A stretch of DNA of 64,000 nt from Syntrophaceae bacterium UBA2188 (GCA_002327985.1 DCVM01000126.1:2381-66380); one strand, 5' to 3'; shown: positions 8,366-20,672, numbered from the stretch's first letter. Program-made: numbers and translations. The notes: generated by a model from the letters alone, not told the origin.

Positions 8366-8920
8366 TTATTTATTTTTTTCTTCAGAAGATTTTTTCTTTG
8401 GTTTTTCCTTTTTTTCTTTGGAGACTCCTTTTTCTTCCTTCTTTGCCTTCTTCTCTTTTTTCTCTTTCTCTTTTTCTTTCCCTTTTTCCTTCTTTTTCGG
8501 AGTCACTTTTTCAAGAACTTCTTTGGCTTTCTTAAGCGTCGATTTCTTTTTCTCTTCGGGGTGGGAAAAGGTCACCAGCTCAACGAGGGAAAGAGGAGCG
8601 CCATCCCCCTGCCGCCACCCCATTTTATAAATTCGAGTATAACCTCCCTCACGGTCTTTGAGTTTGGGTGCGATGTCATCAAAGAGTTTTTTGACGATTC
8701 CTTCATTACGAAGTAGGGCGAAAGCCCGTCTTCTCGCATGAAGGGTTCCCTGTTTTCCAAGACTAACGATCTTATCTGCCCAGCTTCGAAGTTCTTTCCC
8801 CTTTGCCAGAGTGGTTTGTATCCGTTCATGCTGAAGCAACGAGACCAACATATTACGAAACATCAGCTCCCGATGCTGACTATGGCGACTTAATTTTCTG
8901 CCTGCGACGCGATGCCTCAT
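8366..8920 (-). CDS. rplQ: 50S ribosomal protein L17 with Lys/Glu-rich tail
   Basis: [12 protein letters not shown]...GGYTRI...R.GDGA. Confidence 0.97.
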   Translation of the reverse strand: MRHRVAGRKLSRHSQHRELMFRNMLVSLLQHERIQTTLAKGKELRSWADKIVSLGKQGTLHARRRAFALLRNEGIVKKLFDDIAPKLKDREGGYTRIYKMGWRQGDGAPLSLVELVTFSHPEEKKKSTLKKAKEVLEKVTPKKKEKGKEKEKEKKEKKAKKEEKGVSKEKKEKPKKKSSEEKNK

Positions 8921-8929
8921 TCCTTGCTC

Positions 8930-9949
8930 CTATCCAATGGCCCCTGATTCGATTTCTTCTTCAGATTTTTTGGGAGGCCAGTTGTCTAATCTCATTCCCA
9001 AGCTCAATCCCATTTCGGCCAAAATATCCTTGATCTCATTGAGGGATTTTCGGCCAAAGTTTTTGGTGGCCAGGATTTCTGCCTCTGTCTTCTGAACTAG
9101 ATCTCCAATCAACTTGATGTTTGCATGCTTTAAACAGTTGGCAGACCGGACAGAAAGTTCTAATTCGTCTACGCTTCGGAAGAGATTTTCATTAAAATCC
9201 TTCTTTTCTTCTTCATCTTGAGGGTAGGCTTCCTCCTCCTCCCCCTCTTCCTCAAAGGTGATGAAGATAGAGAGTTGATCCTTCAAAATTTTTGCCGAAT
9301 GGGCCACGGCTTCTTCTGGATTCAAACTCCCATCGGTCCAGACCTCCAAGGTCAACTTGTCATAATCCGTGATCTGTCCCACCCGGGCATTGGTCACGGT
9401 ATAGTTTACCTTTTTGATTGGGGAAAAGATGGCATCCATAGGAATCGTGCCGATCGGTTGGTTCTCCTCCCTGTTTCGCTCTGCGGGGATATAGCCGCGA
9501 CCCACCTTCACCATCATCTCCATCGAGAGCTTACCATCTCTGGAAAGCGTGGCAATGTAATGATCCGGGTTAAGGATTTCCACTGCATCGCCCGTGAGGA
9601 TATCCCCTGCCTTAAGGATTTTGGGCCCATCCGCCTTTACACGAATCGTTTTTGGACCTTCCGTATGAAGCTTTAATCTTATTTCTTTAAGATTGAGGAT
9701 AATCTCGGTAACATCCTCCTTGATTCCGGGGATCGTCGAGAATTCGTGGAGCACGCCGTCCATTTTAATAGAGGCGATGGCCGCTCCCTGCAAGGAAGAG
9801 AGGAGGATTCGTCGAAGTGAGTTTCCAATCGTAATACCGAAGCCTCTTTCAAAAGGCTCTGCTGTAAACTTTCCATAAAAGGGTGTCAATGTTTCTTTTT
9901 CTACTTCCAACCGTTTGGGTCGAATCAGGTCTTTCCAACTTTTTTGCAT
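8930..9949 (-). CDS. rpoA: RNA polymerase alpha subunit
   Basis: [22 protein letters not shown]; [10 protein letters not shown]; NFGRKSL. Confidence 0.98.
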   Translation of the reverse strand: MQKSWKDLIRPKRLEVEKETLTPFYGKFTAEPFERGFGITIGNSLRRILLSSLQGAAIASIKMDGVLHEFSTIPGIKEDVTEIILNLKEIRLKLHTEGPKTIRVKADGPKILKAGDILTGDAVEILNPDHYIATLSRDGKLSMEMMVKVGRGYIPAERNREENQPIGTIPMDAIFSPIKKVNYTVTNARVGQITDYDKLTLEVWTDGSLNPEEAVAHSAKILKDQLSIFITFEEEGEEEEAYPQDEEEKKDFNENLFRSVDELELSVRSANCLKHANIKLIGDLVQKTEAEILATKNFGRKSLNEIKDILAEMGLSLGMRLDNWPPKKSEEEIESGAIG

Positions 9950-9961
9950 AGTGCCTCCAAA

Positions 9962-10588
9962 TTACTTCGAGAACAACTCGACGATCAACTTCTCTTGGAT
10001 GGGGATGGTGATGTCCTCGCGAGTCGGCAGCCCTTTCACACTTCCCTTCATCTGGTCTTTATCCAATTCCAACCATGGTGGTACTCCTCGCCGAGCCACC
10101 CCCTCCAGGGCCTCTAAGATGCGGATGACTTTCTTACTCTTCTCCCGGAGCTCAATGACATCTCCAGGTTTCACGAGATAGGAAGGAATATTCACTTTGG
10201 ATCGGTTGACCAAAAAATGGTTATGTCGAACAAGCTGACGTGCTTCGTTTCTTGAATTGGCAAAACCGAATCGGTAGACGATATTGTCTAATCTCCTTTC
10301 TAAAAGAGAAAGGAGGGTTTCGCCGGTAATGCCCTTTTGTCGATCTGCTTCTTTAAAAATGTTACGGAACTGGTTTTCCAGAATCCCATACATCCTTTTG
10401 ACTTTCTGTTTTTCTCGAAGTTGGGCTCCGTAGTCGGAGAACTTTTTTCGGGCCTGACCATGTTGTCCAGGGGGGTAGTTCCTCCGGTCGTACGCACACT
10501 TCTCTGTATAGCACCTCTCCCCTTTAAGAAAGAGCTTAAGATTTTCCCTCCGACATAGCCGACAAGCCGATTTCGTATATCTCGCCAA
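9962..10588 (-). CDS. rpsD: 30S ribosomal protein S4
   Basis: MARY...CRLCRRE; QLREKQK; LERRLDN. Confidence 0.98.
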   Translation of the reverse strand: MARYTKSACRLCRRENLKLFLKGERCYTEKCAYDRRNYPPGQHGQARKKFSDYGAQLREKQKVKRMYGILENQFRNIFKEADRQKGITGETLLSLLERRLDNIVYRFGFANSRNEARQLVRHNHFLVNRSKVNIPSYLVKPGDVIELREKSKKVIRILEALEGVARRGVPPWLELDKDQMKGSVKGLPTREDITIPIQEKLIVELFSK

Positions 10589-10613
10589 TGCTAATCCTCC
10601 TGTTTAAGTAAAC

Positions 10614-10692
10614 TTGATTACATTGATTAAATAACACGATTACACAGATTACGTAAAAACCAGATTACACGGATAAGAATCTGTGTAATCAG
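10614..10692. repeat. GATTACAC-type palindromic mini-element
   Basis: Tandem gattacacagat/gattacacggat units closed by inverted atctgtgtaatc. Confidence 0.7.
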
Positions 10693-10700
10693 ACGCAGCC

Positions 10701-11090
10701 TTAGACGCGTCTTCTTTTAGGCGGACGACATCCATTGTGGGGAATGGGTGTGACATCCTTAATCAGGTGAACCTTCAATCCAGCCGCTTGAAGCGATCGC
10801 AGGGCTGATTCCCTTCCGGCTCCAGGACCCTTGACATAGACATCAATGGATCGAACCCCATGTTCCATGGCTTTTTTGGCCGCATCCTCTGCTGCCATTT
10901 GAGCGGCAAAAGGCGTACTTTTTCGGGAACCCTTGAAACCTTGTGTGCCAGCGCTCGACCAGGTGATTACATTTCCCTCTGGGTCGGTAATGGTAATGAT
11001 GGTATTATTGAATGTCGCCTGGATGTGGGCGATTCCCACCTGGATATTCTTTTTCACCTTCTTTTTCTTTATTCCCTGCCCCTTGGGCAT
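10701..11090 (-). CDS. rpsK: 30S ribosomal protein S11
   Basis: [10 protein letters not shown]; [13 protein letters not shown]; [13 protein letters not shown]. Confidence 0.98.
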   Translation of the reverse strand: MPKGQGIKKKKVKKNIQVGIAHIQATFNNTIITITDPEGNVITWSSAGTQGFKGSRKSTPFAAQMAAEDAAKKAMEHGVRSIDVYVKGPGAGRESALRSLQAAGLKVHLIKDVTPIPHNGCRPPKRRRV

Positions 11091-11108
11091 AATGCCTCCT
11101 TTGTTAGA

Positions 11109-11486
11109 CTATTCCTTCTCTTTCTTCTTTCCGATGATGGCCCGGCGTGGCCCTTTTCGAGTCCTGGCGTTGGTGTGAGTCCTTTGACCGTGCACCGGCA
11201 GAGATTTCCGATGTCGCAGTCCTCGGTAGGAACCAATATCCATCAGCCGCTTGATGTTGGTCGCCACGTCCCGTCTCAGATCTCCCTCCACCTTGAATTC
11301 CTGTTCAATGATATCTCGGATGCGAACCACCTCTGCTTCCGTGAGTTTGTTCACTTTGGTGTCCTTGTTGATGCTCGCCTTTTTGAGAATTTTATTAGAG
11401 GAGGGTTTTGCAATTCCGTAGATATAGGTGAGGGCGATCTCCACCCGTTTGTCCTTTGGAAGATCGACGCCTGCAATACGTGCCAT
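11109..11486 (-). CDS. rpsM: 30S ribosomal protein S13
   Basis: [10 protein letters not shown]; YRGLRH; [13 protein letters not shown]. Confidence 0.98.
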   Translation of the reverse strand: MARIAGVDLPKDKRVEIALTYIYGIAKPSSNKILKKASINKDTKVNKLTEAEVVRIRDIIEQEFKVEGDLRRDVATNIKRLMDIGSYRGLRHRKSLPVHGQRTHTNARTRKGPRRAIIGKKKEKE

Positions 11487-11618
11487 AATGAGCTCCTTCG
11501 TCTAAGGTTTAAGGAGCACTTCGCTTGAGGATCGCTGCGATAGAGGCAGGGGCAAAACGTTTTAGCCTCTAACCTCAAGTCCCGTTTTGCGGGACGCTCC
11601 TCTAACCTCCATCATATT

Positions 11619-11732
11619 TTAGCCTTGTCGCTGTTTATGTTTGGGGTTTTCGCAGATGACCCGGATCACCCCTTTTCGTTTTACCACTTTACACTTATCG
11701 CAGATTTTTTTGACCGAGGCCCTGACTTTCAC
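11619..11732 (-). CDS. rpmJ: 50S ribosomal protein L36 (not in ORF track; GTG start)
   Basis: Manual translation [37 protein letters not shown]; canonical position between infA and rpsM. Confidence 0.96.
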   Translation of the reverse strand: MKVRASVKKICDKCKVVKRKGVIRVICENPKHKQRQG

Positions 11733-11782
11733 CGCTTCTACCTCAATTCTTCAATCATTCTGAACCTCACCTGGTTCAGGGT

Positions 11783-12001
11783 CTATTTCTCCCGAAAAAT
11801 AATTCTCCCCCGCGAGAGATCATAAGGGGAGAGTTCTACCAACACCTTATCCCCGGGGAGGATTTTGATGAAGTGCATTCTCATCTTTCCAGAAATATGG
11901 GCCAGTACCTTGTGGCCGTTTTCCAATTCTACCCGGAACATTGCATTGGGAAGGGTTTCTAACACCCTCCCTTCCACTTGGATCGCATCCTCCTTCGGCA
12001 T
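11783..12001 (-). CDS. infA: translation initiation factor IF-1
   Basis: [14 protein letters not shown]; HISGKMR; SPYDL.RGRI. Confidence 0.98.
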   Translation of the reverse strand: MPKEDAIQVEGRVLETLPNAMFRVELENGHKVLAHISGKMRMHFIKILPGDKVLVELSPYDLSRGRIIFREK

Positions 12002-12020
12002 AACCTCTCCATCCGCACCC

Positions 12021-12674
12021 TTAAATGGGCGTTTTGTCTAATAGACGGATGATTTGATCAAAGATTTGATCGGGGCCACCCACCCCCTGGATTGTACGAA
12101 GTACTTTTTTCCCTTGGTAATACTGAATCAGAGGGGCGGTCTGTTTCTCATATTCCTTCAACCGTGTTCGGATGGTTTCTTCTTTGTCGTCAGCCCGTTG
12201 ATAGAGGTTTCCCCCACACCGATCGCACGTTCCTTCTTTTTTAGAGGGTTGGAAAAAGAGGTGAAACATTGCCCCACAGTTTTTACAAGTTCTCCTTCCG
12301 GTCAGCCGGCGCACCAATTCCTCAGGATCTACTGCGATGTTGACGACGTGGTCAATTCCTTTTCCCATGCTGGTAAGAATGGGCTGGAGTGCTTCCGCCT
12401 GAGGAATCGTTCTTGGAAATCCATCGAGGATGAACCCTAAATCGCAATCCTTTGCCTTCAAACGCTCCTCGATAATCCCAATAACGATTTCATCTGGAAC
12501 CAGTTGGCCTTGCTCCATAAATCCTTTTGCCTTCGTTCCCAAAGGGGTGCTCTCTTTCAACGCTGCCCTCAGAATATCTCCGGTAGAAATCTGAGGAATG
12601 TGATAACGATCTACCATCCTTTGAGCTTGAGTCCCTTTTCCTGCCCCAGGAGGGCCGAGCAATATCAGATTCAT
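12021..12674 (-). CDS. adk: adenylate kinase (Zn-lid type)
   Basis: [10 protein letters not shown]; ISTGD; LDGFPR; CxxC...CxxC lid. Confidence 0.98.
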   Translation of the reverse strand: MNLILLGPPGAGKGTQAQRMVDRYHIPQISTGDILRAALKESTPLGTKAKGFMEQGQLVPDEIVIGIIEERLKAKDCDLGFILDGFPRTIPQAEALQPILTSMGKGIDHVVNIAVDPEELVRRLTGRRTCKNCGAMFHLFFQPSKKEGTCDRCGGNLYQRADDKEETIRTRLKEYEKQTAPLIQYYQGKKVLRTIQGVGGPDQIFDQIIRLLDKTPI

Positions 12675-12683
12675 TTGACCTCA

Positions 12684-12780
12684 CATTGAAAATTGAAAAT
12701 TGTAAAATTAACAATTAGCAATAAAAACAGTAGATTTACATTTTGCAATTTGTAATTTGCACATTGCAACTTGCAATGAT
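12684..12780. repeat. 7-nt periodic palindromic mini-element
   Basis: cattgaaaattgaaaattgtaaaatt ... ttttgcaatttgtaatttgcacattgcaacttgcaatg; related to 19492-19584. Confidence 0.7.
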
Positions 12781-12787
12781 TTATTTC

Positions 12788-14116
12788 TTATCCTCGCCGA
12801 CCTTTTAGCCTTCCTTTTTTCATCAACCCTTCATAGTGTCTTGAGAGCATGTGGGCTTCCACCTGCTGAACGGTATCTAGGGCCACGCCGACCACGATCA
12901 AAAGGGAGGTTCCTCCAAAATAGAAGGAGACATTAAATTTACTGTAAAGGATGGTGGGGAGGACACAGATGGCAGAGACATAAATTGCTCCTCCGAGAGT
13001 GATTCGAGTGAGGACCTTATCAATATACTCGGCCGTCTTTTGCCCGGGACGAATGCCTGGGATAAAGCCGCCAAATTTTTTCATATTTTCGGCGACATCA
13101 TTCGGGTTAAAGGTGACAGCCGTATAAAAATAGCAGAAGAAGATGATGAATCCGACATAGAGAAGATTATAGAGAATCGCATCAGGCCCTAAGCTGTTTA
13201 GGATCGATTGAACCCAGGGATGTTCCTCCAGCCAAGGTTTTGGCATAAAGTTGGCAATCGTCAAGGGGAACATCAATATTGAGGAGGCAAAAATGGGCGG
13301 GATGACCCCTGACGTATTCAACTTGAGGGGAAGATGGGTGCTCTGGCCGCCATAGACCCTTCTCCCTACAATCCGCTTGGCGTATTGGACAGGCAGCCTC
13401 CGTTGCCCGGTTTCAATAAAAATGATCACCGCCACCACCAATATCATGAGGATAATCAGGAACAGGATGGTGATAATGCTCAACTGTCCTACCCTGAACA
13501 GTTCATAGGTGCTGGCCACCGCATTTGGCATTCGGGCGACAATCCCCGCAAAGATGATCAAGGAAATCCCATTCCCAATTCCCCTTTCTGTAATTTGCTC
13601 ACCCAGCCACATGATGAAGGCCGTCCCAGCGGTCAAAGTGATGACGGTCAAGATTCTGAAGGACCATCCTGGAACCAGCACGATCATCTCGCCGGCTGCC
13701 CCTCGCATGTTCTCCAGGCCCACAGCGATTCCAAACCCCTGGATCATGCTGAGAAGGACTGTTCCGTAACGAGTATATTGGATGATCTTTTTTCGTCCGA
13801 TCTCTCCTTCTTTCTGGAGCTGTGCGAGATAGGGGATCACCACGGTGAGAAGCTGAAGGATGATGGAGGCGCTGATATAAGGCATAATCCCCAGAGCGAA
13901 GACCGAGAGCCTCTCCAAGGCCCCTCCGGAAAACATATCGATGAGACTGAAGAGGGTACCCCTTGCCTGGGCAAAAAAGGAGGCCAGGGCATCTCCATTG
14001 ACCCCAGGAGTGGGAATATGGACCCCGACACGATAAATCGCCAAGAAAGCGAGGGTCCACAGGATCCTTCTTTTAAGCTCTGGTATTTTAAAAATGTTCT
14101 GGGCCCCTGAAATCAT
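12788..14116 (-). CDS. secY: preprotein translocase SecY
   Basis: [13 protein letters not shown]; [20 protein letters not shown]; FIPGIRPG; [12 protein letters not shown]. Confidence 0.98.
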   Translation of the reverse strand: MISGAQNIFKIPELKRRILWTLAFLAIYRVGVHIPTPGVNGDALASFFAQARGTLFSLIDMFSGGALERLSVFALGIMPYISASIILQLLTVVIPYLAQLQKEGEIGRKKIIQYTRYGTVLLSMIQGFGIAVGLENMRGAAGEMIVLVPGWSFRILTVITLTAGTAFIMWLGEQITERGIGNGISLIIFAGIVARMPNAVASTYELFRVGQLSIITILFLIILMILVVAVIIFIETGQRRLPVQYAKRIVGRRVYGGQSTHLPLKLNTSGVIPPIFASSILMFPLTIANFMPKPWLEEHPWVQSILNSLGPDAILYNLLYVGFIIFFCYFYTAVTFNPNDVAENMKKFGGFIPGIRPGQKTAEYIDKVLTRITLGGAIYVSAICVLPTILYSKFNVSFYFGGTSLLIVVGVALDTVQQVEAHMLSRHYEGLMKKGRLKGRRG

Positions 14117-14556
14117 GAGCCGATGACCTCCACCTTCCCTGAAGCGCTCTCCACTTTTCTAAGGGCGGCTTTGCTCACTTGATGAACACGAATAGTTAAA
14201 GGATGCTGAAGTTCCCCATCAGAAAGAAGCTTGATAGGTTCTTCTTTTTTTAGAAGGCCGGATTGAAGCAGGAGATCGGGTTCCACCACGGTGTCTTTCG
14301 AGAAGCGATTCAGATCTCCTACATGAATGATCGCAAAGTGTTTTTTAAAAGGTGAATGAAACCCTCTTTTAGGAAGGCGTCGTTGGAGAGGCATCTGACC
14401 TCCCTCAAAACCCGCCTTGGTTCCTCGCCCGGCTCGGGAGTTCTGACCCTTGGATCCCCGACAGGCTGTTTTGCCGTGTCCGGACCCAATTCCTCTGCCT
14501 ACACGTTTCCTTTTTTTAATTGCCCCTTTCGGAGGTTTTAACTCATCTAATCTCAT
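14113..14556 (-). CDS. rplO: 50S ribosomal protein L15
   Basis: [13 protein letters not shown]; [17 protein letters not shown]; start set at MRLDEL. Confidence 0.97.
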   Translation of the reverse strand: MRLDELKPPKGAIKKRKRVGRGIGSGHGKTACRGSKGQNSRAGRGTKAGFEGGQMPLQRRLPKRGFHSPFKKHFAIIHVGDLNRFSKDTVVEPDLLLQSGLLKKEEPIKLLSDGELQHPLTIRVHQVSKAALRKVESASGKVEVIGS

Positions 14557-14573
14557 CTCGGTTCCCCTTCGTA

Positions 14574-14753
14574 TCATTCCTTGACTTCTACCAGATGGAG
14601 GACACGATTAATCATCCCCCGAATCTCGGGCCGGTCCGGCAAGGTAAGAGTTTGGTGGAGTCGTCTGAATCCAAGGCTCCGAATGGTTTTCTTCTGGACG
14701 CCGGTTCGTCCGATCACGCTCCTGATCCATTTGATAGTAATCGTTTTATCCAT
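14574..14753 (-). CDS. rpmD: 50S ribosomal protein L30
   Basis: IRS.IG; LG.RR; RGMINRV.HLV; start set at MDKTIT. Confidence 0.93.
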   Translation of the reverse strand: MDKTITIKWIRSVIGRTGVQKKTIRSLGFRRLHQTLTLPDRPEIRGMINRVLHLVEVKE

Positions 14754-14763
14754 ATCGGACCCC

Positions 14764-15273
14764 TTAGTTTTCCGCTGCTGTTTCATGCCTTTTATCAACA
14801 ATCTCTTCGGGAACCTTCAGTTGGTTAATGGCTTGGAGGGTAGCCTTGATGAGATTGTAAGGATTATTGGATCCAAGGGACTTTGTTAAGATGTTTTGAA
14901 TCCCTGCCGACTCAGCGATGGCCCTGACGGCTGCGCCGGCGATGACCCCCGTTCCCTCGGAGGCTGGTTTGAGCAAAACTTTTGCGGCTCCAAATTTACC
15001 CGTCACTTCGTAGGGAATCGTTTTATGGCTGAGGGGAACCTTGATCAGGTTCCGTTTCGCATGTTCAATTCCTTTTCGAATGGCCTCCGGGACCTCATTG
15101 GCTTTGCCTAAGCCGCTTCCCACATGGCCGTTTCCATCCCCAACCACAACCAAGGCGCTGAAGCTGAATCGTCTCCCTCCCTTCACCACTTTGGCTACCC
15201 GGTTGATATGAACCACCCGATCGGTTAATTCCATTCCGCTTGGATCAATTTTTGGCAATTTCTGTCCCTCCAT
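14764..15273 (-). CDS. rpsE: 30S ribosomal protein S5
   Basis: [23 protein letters not shown]. Confidence 0.98.
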   Translation of the reverse strand: MEGQKLPKIDPSGMELTDRVVHINRVAKVVKGGRRFSFSALVVVGDGNGHVGSGLGKANEVPEAIRKGIEHAKRNLIKVPLSHKTIPYEVTGKFGAAKVLLKPASEGTGVIAGAAVRAIAESAGIQNILTKSLGSNNPYNLIKATLQAINQLKVPEEIVDKRHETAAEN

Positions 15274-15404
15274 TCAAAAGGTCTCTGTACAAGCCTTTCT
15301 GAGAGACCTTTGATTACACAGATTTAAAAAAAGGATTACACAGATCTGTGTCATCGTTTGATAATCGGTGTAATCAGAGATTTCTGGCTTTTTCAGAAAT
15401 CTCT
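15274..15404. repeat. GATTACAC-type mini-element with terminal hairpins
   Basis: Two gattacacagat units, inverted atcggtgtaatc, and end cagagatttc..gctttttcagaaatctc; same family as 38463-38620. Confidence 0.75.
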
Positions 15405-15766
15405 TAAAAGATCAAACCACTTGCTCTGGCCGCCTCGGCTAACGCCTTAATCCTGCCATGATAAAGATACCCATTCCGATCAAAGACCACTTTCTGAATT
15501 CCTTTTTCAAGGCATTTCTTCGCAATCAGTTCTCCCACTTTCTTTGCCGCTTCCACATTGCCTGAATAACGAAGCGTTCCTTTCAGCTCAGGGCTCTTGG
15601 TGGAGGCACTGGCAAGGGTTCTTCCCGTCGTATCCTCAATCGCTTGAGCATAAAGATGCTTTAGACTCCGAAAGACATTGAGGCGAGGACGTTGGGAAGT
15701 CCCTTTGACTTGACTCCTCACTCTCTTTTTCCTTTTCAATCTGGATAACTTCTTTCTTTCGTTCAA
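15404..15766 (-). CDS. rplR: 50S ribosomal protein L18
   Basis: RPRLNVFRS; [12 protein letters not shown]. Confidence 0.97.
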   Translation of the reverse strand: MNERKKLSRLKRKKRVRSQVKGTSQRPRLNVFRSLKHLYAQAIEDTTGRTLASASTKSPELKGTLRYSGNVEAAKKVGELIAKKCLEKGIQKVVFDRNGYLYHGRIKALAEAARASGLIF

Positions 15767-15861
15767 GGGATTCCTCCCTCCCTGCGCCTGCCTGTCCCAA
15801 CCCTGCCTACCGGCAAGTAGGCTCGGTCGGTTCAGGTTGTCAGGGGAAGCAGTTTTCTATA

Positions 15862-16398
15862 TTAGGCTTTGGTCTTACCGACCTTCTTACGGATTCGTTC
15901 ACCAAGATATCTTATGCCCTTTCCTTTGTAGGGTTCAGGAGGCTTAATGGAACGAAGTTGGGCGGCAACGATTCCCACCTGTTGCTTGTTAATTCCTTTT
16001 ACCGTAAGGAGAGTTTGTTTTTCTATTTCTACCTTGATTTCCTTGGGAACAGGATAAAGAATCGGGTGAGAATATCCCAAGGTGAGTTTAAGGGTGTCGC
16101 CTTGAAGATCTGCCCGGAAACCTACTCCCACGATCTCAAGCTTTTTTTCAAACCCTTTTGTGACTCCGGTGACCATGTTGGTGATAAGGCTTCGTGTCAA
16201 GCCTTGAAGTGCTTTTGAAGTCCGTTGGTCGTTGGCCCGGTGCACAAGAATCTTTCCTGCATCGACGGAAACTGAAATTCCCTGGGGGAAGGAATAAGCA
16301 AGAAGACCTTTCGGTCCTGTCACCTCCACCCTTGAGGAATCACAGAGGACCTTGACCTCTTTTGGTAATGCGATAGGCATCCTTCCAATACGAGACAT
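15862..16398 (-). CDS. rplF: 50S ribosomal protein L6
   Basis: MSRIG; PPEPYKGKGIRY. Confidence 0.98.
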   Translation of the reverse strand: MSRIGRMPIALPKEVKVLCDSSRVEVTGPKGLLAYSFPQGISVSVDAGKILVHRANDQRTSKALQGLTRSLITNMVTGVTKGFEKKLEIVGVGFRADLQGDTLKLTLGYSHPILYPVPKEIKVEIEKQTLLTVKGINKQQVGIVAAQLRSIKPPEPYKGKGIRYLGERIRKKVGKTKA

Positions 16399-16483
16399 AT
16401 TTCCTTAACCTCATTTTAGCTTTCAAATTTTAGATTTCAGATTTTTCAATCCGGAATCCAAAATCCGCAATCCGAAATCAATA

Positions 16484-16882
16484 TCACCATACATAACACA
16501 GGACCTCTCCCCCAATGTTGGCCTTCTGAGCAGATTTGTCCGTCAAGATTCCCTTGGAGGTGGAGAGGATGGGAAATCCTAATCCACTCATGACAGAGGG
16601 AATGCTGTCTTTTCCCACATAGACCCTCCGCCCTGGTTTGCTGATCCGTCGAAGATGAATGACCTCCTTGCGGTTGGCATCATATTTAAGGAAGATCCGG
16701 ATCATCTCATGTTGGTGGTCATCCGTGACCACCTTAAAATTTTTAATGAACCCTTCCTCCTTTAAAATCTTGGCGATCTCGCGTTTCATTTTGGAGGAGG
16801 GGATATCCACCTTCTCGAATTTCGCTTTAGACCCATTGCGAATTCGTGTAAACATATCGGCTATTGGATCGGTCATGGACAT
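16484..16882 (-). CDS. rpsH: 30S ribosomal protein S8
   Basis: [12 protein letters not shown]; [10 protein letters not shown]; STSKGI; GGEVLC. Confidence 0.97.
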   Translation of the reverse strand: MSMTDPIADMFTRIRNGSKAKFEKVDIPSSKMKREIAKILKEEGFIKNFKVVTDDHQHEMIRIFLKYDANRKEVIHLRRISKPGRRVYVGKDSIPSVMSGLGFPILSTSKGILTDKSAQKANIGGEVLCYVW

Positions 16883-16899
16883 ACAAACCCCCGTACCTT

Positions 16900-17085
16900 T
16901 CACCAGCTGGACTTGATCATCCCGGGAATCTCACCTCGGGAGGCATACTTTCTCAAGCAAAGTCGGCACATGTTAAATTTTCGGTAATAAGCCCTTGGCC
17001 TTCCGCAGAGAGGGCATCGATGATACTCACGCACCTTAAATTTCTGTTTTCTCTGTGCCTTGTTCATCAATGAAAGTTTTGCCAA
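16900..17085 (-). CDS. rpsN: 30S ribosomal protein S14, Zn-binding type Z (TTG start)
   Basis: RCPLCGRPR...MCRLCLR; IPG..KSSW. Confidence 0.96.
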   Translation of the reverse strand: MAKLSLMNKAQRKQKFKVREYHRCPLCGRPRAYYRKFNMCRLCLRKYASRGEIPGMIKSSW

Positions 17086-17228
17086 TTTTTCCTCCTGCAA
17101 AAATAGGTTAAGGTTAGGGCAAGGATGCCTGTTTGGGAAATCGGCTAGGGTTTCGGTCTTTTTTTATTACCTTGACCCTCTAAACTCAACACCAAACTGG
17201 CTTCGTAACCTTTACCCAAAAACAATTT

Positions 17229-17768
17229 TTAATTTCGGAAGGGCATCCCCAGCAAACGGAGCAGTTCCTTCCCTTCCTCATCCGTTTTGGCTGTGGTCAC
17301 AATGACGATGTTCATCCCTTTGACTTTGTCAATTTTATCGTAATGAATTTCTGGAAAGATCAGTTGTTCGCGGATTCCCAAAGCATAATTTCCCCTCCCA
17401 TCAAACGACTTTCCAGAGAGGCCCTTAAAGTCCCTGACCCTTGGAAGGGTGACATTCACCAATCGATTGAAAAACTCGTACATCTTCTCTCTTCGAAGGG
17501 TGACCATACACCCAATCGGCATTCCGGTTCTTAATTTAAACTGGGCAATCGATTTTTTAGCCTTCGTGATTACAGGCTTTTGTCCCGTAATCAGGCTGAT
17601 CTCCTGAACAGCAGAATCGAGGATTTTTATATTCTGGATAGCCTCCCCCAGCCCCATATTGACCACGATTTTCTCCAGCTTAGGGACTTCCATTTGATTC
17701 TTATAATTGAACCGCTTCATCAACGCAGGCACTACTTTTTCCTGGTAGATCTCTTTTAATTTGGCCAT
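17229..17768 (-). CDS. rplE: 50S ribosomal protein L5
   Basis: [10 protein letters not shown]; ITGQKP; PRVRDFKG; FDGRGNY. Confidence 0.98.
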   Translation of the reverse strand: MAKLKEIYQEKVVPALMKRFNYKNQMEVPKLEKIVVNMGLGEAIQNIKILDSAVQEISLITGQKPVITKAKKSIAQFKLRTGMPIGCMVTLRREKMYEFFNRLVNVTLPRVRDFKGLSGKSFDGRGNYALGIREQLIFPEIHYDKIDKVKGMNIVIVTTAKTDEEGKELLRLLGMPFRN

Positions 17769-17776
17769 TCAATCAC

Positions 17777-18106
17777 CTACTTATCTAAAAGTTCCCCACA
17801 TTTTCGACAGAACCGTGCCTTCTTTCCATCTTCCAGGATTCGGTGTCCAATTCGAATCGGTTTGTTGCATTTCTCACAGAGGAGCATCACGTTGGAGAGA
17901 TGGAGAGGGGCCTCCTTTTCCAAAATCCCCCCCTGCCTTTGTTTTCCGTGGGGCCGAGAATGCCTCTTGACAAAATTGATCTTTTCAATCAGCACCTTCT
18001 CCTTCTCGGGAAGGACTTTGAGAACTCGACCACTCTTCCCCTTTTCTTTTCCGTTGATGACCATGACCAGATCATTCTTTTTGATGTGATATTTTGGCAC
18101 GATCAT
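17777..18106 (-). CDS. rplX: 50S ribosomal protein L24
   Basis: KOW-like 'GKEKGK.G.V'; [11 protein letters not shown]. Confidence 0.97.
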   Translation of the reverse strand: MIVPKYHIKKNDLVMVINGKEKGKSGRVLKVLPEKEKVLIEKINFVKRHSRPHGKQRQGGILEKEAPLHLSNVMLLCEKCNKPIRIGHRILEDGKKARFCRKCGELLDK

Positions 18107-18184
18107 TTCAAATTCCTTTTCGTCCTAACGCCTGCTGGCCTGACCCCTATCGGGACCGGGGCTGGCAGGAGTTGCAGGCTTTTT

Positions 18185-18553
18185 TTAAAGAACCTCCGGA
18201 GCCAAGGAGATGATTTTCATAAACCGTTTGGCTCGAAGTTCCCGGGCAACCGGACCGAAAATTCGGGTTCCAACAGGGTCTCCCTGGGGGTTGATCAGGA
18301 CGGCAGAGTTGTCGTCAAATTTGATATATGACCCGTCAAGACGTTTGACTTCTTTCTTCGTCCGAACAATCACAGCACGAGCTACGTCCCCTTTTTTAAT
18401 CTTGGAATTGGGAAGGGCATCTTTGACCGAGACGACGATGATATCCCCTAAGGTGGCATACCTCCGACGAGTTCCGCCGAGGACTTTAATGCACCCCAAT
18501 TTTTTGGCCCCTGAATTATCGGCAACTTCGAGAATCGTCCGCATCTGAATCAT
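18185..18553 (-). CDS. rplN: 50S ribosomal protein L14
   Basis: VADNSGAK; [13 protein letters not shown]; SLAPEVL. Confidence 0.98.
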   Translation of the reverse strand: MIQMRTILEVADNSGAKKLGCIKVLGGTRRRYATLGDIIVVSVKDALPNSKIKKGDVARAVIVRTKKEVKRLDGSYIKFDDNSAVLINPQGDPVGTRIFGPVARELRAKRFMKIISLAPEVL

Positions 18554-18601
18554 GATCCACTCCCATTCGAGCCTCCCCTTTCACATTCAACTTCCAATGT
18601 G

Positions 18602-18859
18602 TTAAGCGGCCCGCTCAAGGATCTCCTTGACACGCCACCTTTTCTCTTTACTGAGGGGGCGGGTTTCGATCAATAGCACTTTATCTCCAACATGGCATTC
18701 CTTCTTTTCATCGTGAGCCTTTACCTTGGTCCTCTTCCGGATATATTTCTTATAAACAGGGTGAAGGACAACACGATTCACCATGACGACGACGGTCTGA
18801 TCCATTTTATCGCTTGATACTACGCCCGTTAACGTTTTTCGTTTACCTCTTTCTCCCAT
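18602..18859 (-). CDS. rpsQ: 30S ribosomal protein S17
   Basis: G.V.SDKM; HPVYKK; ETRPLSK.KRW. Confidence 0.97.
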   Translation of the reverse strand: MGERGKRKTLTGVVSSDKMDQTVVVMVNRVVLHPVYKKYIRKRTKVKAHDEKKECHVGDKVLLIETRPLSKEKRWRVKEILERAA

Positions 18860-18864
18860 TGTCT

Positions 18865-19065
18865 TTATTTCCCTTTTTTCGGGGCCCTTTCCTTAAGAAT
18901 GGTCTTCACCCGAGCCATGTCCCGTCTCAACTGAGGGATTCGCATCACATTTTCCAACTGTCCCGTGGCATGCTGAAAACGAAGATTAAAGAGTTCCTCG
19001 CCCAATTCTTTTTGCTTCTCGAGCAACTCCCCTTCGCTCAGTTGGCGAAGTTCTTTGACCTTCAT
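18865..19065 (-). CDS. rpmC: 50S ribosomal protein L29
   Basis: [16 protein letters not shown]. Confidence 0.97.
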   Translation of the reverse strand: MKVKELRQLSEGELLEKQKELGEELFNLRFQHATGQLENVMRIPQLRRDMARVKTILKERAPKKGK

Positions 19066-19478
19066 AGATGGCTCCCCCTCATGATAAACTTTGTATGAAT
19101 CGGCAATTTATGGGAGGCCAGAAGAAATGCCTCCCTGGCCCTTTCTTCGGGAACCCCTTCCATCTCATAGAGAACTCGACCTGGCCGGATGACGGCCACC
19201 CAGTCTTCAGGCGCCCCTTTTCCTTTTCCCATTCGGGTTTCTGCGGGTTTTTTGGTAATCGGCTTGTCTGGGAAGATGCGTATCCAGATCCGACCAGTCC
19301 TCTTAATGAATCGAGTCATGGCAATTCGTGCCGCTTCAATCTGACGGGCGGTCAACCATCCACATTCTATGGCCTGGAGTCCGAAATCACCAAAATTAAG
19401 GCTGTTTCCACGAGAGGCCACTCCCCTTCTTTTCCCCTTTTGTTGTTTGCGATATTTTGTTTTCTTCGGCATCAACAT
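19062..19478 (-). CDS. rplP: 50S ribosomal protein L16
   Basis: QIEAARIA; [21 protein letters not shown]. Confidence 0.98.
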   Translation of the reverse strand: MLMPKKTKYRKQQKGKRRGVASRGNSLNFGDFGLQAIECGWLTARQIEAARIAMTRFIKRTGRIWIRIFPDKPITKKPAETRMGKGKGAPEDWVAVIRPGRVLYEMEGVPEERAREAFLLASHKLPIHTKFIMRGSHL

Positions 19479-19491
19479 CTTATTTAAACCT

Positions 19492-19584
19492 CAATGAAAA
19501 GTATAAATTGCAAATTGAAAAGTTAGCATGGATGAATTCGTAAATTTGAACTGCTAATTTTGCATTTTACAATTTTCAATGATC
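19492..19584. repeat. 7-nt periodic palindromic mini-element
   Basis: aaattgcaaattgaaaagttagca ... tgctaattttgcattttacaattttcaatg. Confidence 0.7.
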
Positions 19585-19592
19585 TTTATGAG

Positions 19593-20255
19593 TTAGGTAG
19601 TTCTTTCTTCTCCCTCTTTGGTTGGGAAGACTTCTCCTTTGAAGATCCAAACCTTCACGCCAATGATCCCGTATGTGGTTTTCGCTTCAGCTAAGCCATA
19701 ATTAATATCCGCCCGGAGGGTGTGAAGGGGAACTCGACCCTCTCGGTACCATTCTCTACGGGCCATTTCTGCTCCACCCAATCTTCCTCCACACGCAATT
19801 TTGATACCTTTAGCGCCTAATTTGAGTGCAGAAGTCACCGCCTTCTTCATCGCCCTTCGAAATCCAACCCGTCTTTCCAACTGGAGAGCCACATTCTCAG
19901 CCACCAGTTGGGCATCAATTTCTGCCCTCTTGACTTCCTGGATATTGATAAAAATTTCTTTCTCAGTCATTTTTTGGAGTTCCTTTTTCAGGTTTTCCAC
20001 CTCGGCTCCCTTTTTCCCGATGATGATGCCGGGCCGGGCGGTGTGGATAGTGACCTTCGCTTTTTTGGCCTTGCTGGCAGCCCGCTCAATTTCAATTTTT
20101 GAGACTCCCGCATGGTAAAGTTTTTTCTTTAGATGGTCACGGATTCGAATATCTTCAATCAGAAGTTGTGGATAATCTTTTTCTGCATACCATCGCGAAT
20201 CCCAGGACTTAATCAGTCCCAACCGAAAGCTAATTGGATGTACCTTCTGTCCCAA
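19593..20255 (-). CDS. rpsC: 30S ribosomal protein S3
   Basis: GQKVHP; [10 protein letters not shown]; [10 protein letters not shown]. Confidence 0.98.
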   Translation of the reverse strand: MGQKVHPISFRLGLIKSWDSRWYAEKDYPQLLIEDIRIRDHLKKKLYHAGVSKIEIERAASKAKKAKVTIHTARPGIIIGKKGAEVENLKKELQKMTEKEIFINIQEVKRAEIDAQLVAENVALQLERRVGFRRAMKKAVTSALKLGAKGIKIACGGRLGGAEMARREWYREGRVPLHTLRADINYGLAEAKTTYGIIGVKVWIFKGEVFPTKEGEERTT

Positions 20256-20339
20256 AGTTTCTCCTCCCTTATCTGCCTTCCCCAGAGCGCTTCAGCACTA
20301 AAGCCTTTGCGAAGCCCGCTTTGGCATATCGGACAAGCC

Positions 20340-20672
20340 TCACTTTTCGTCCAAGACGATGTTAATATGACTAATTCTCTTTCGGATCGTGGTGGCACGG
20401 CCCAAGGCCCTGGGTTGGAAGCGTTTCATCGTCGGCCCTTGATCCACAGTAATCTTTTTTACATAAAGGCGATCCACATCAATGTTCTTCTTTTGGGTGG
20501 CATTGGCAATGGCCGATTTTAATACTTTGATGACGATCTTGGCCGCTGACTTCTTTGTAAAGTTCAGGATATTTAGAGCCTCTTCTGATCCCTTGCCCCG
20601 GATCAGATCGGCCACCAATTGTGCCTTGCGAGGTGCCACTCGAACAAATTTTAATTTTGATTTTACTTCCAT
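20340..20672 (-). CDS. rplV: 50S ribosomal protein L22
   Basis: PRKAQLVADLIRG; SAIANA; PRA.GRA. Confidence 0.97.
   Translation of the reverse strand: MEVKSKLKFVRVAPRKAQLVADLIRGKGSEEALNILNFTKKSAAKIVIKVLKSAIANATQKKNIDVDRLYVKKITVDQGPTMKRFQPRALGRATTIRKRISHINIVLDEK

Noticed and set aside
8366-8560. Lys/Glu-rich low-complexity tail of L17 and the Phe-rich antisense ORFs
   Set aside because: Charged L17 extensions are common, and the antisense ORFs are compositional artefacts.
13334-14110. 258-aa + strand ORF and other long antisense ORFs over ribosomal, tuf, fusA and ABC genes
   Set aside because: They are shadows of well-conserved genes on the opposite strand. The His/Pro-rich ORFs opposite tuf simply reflect its codon skew.
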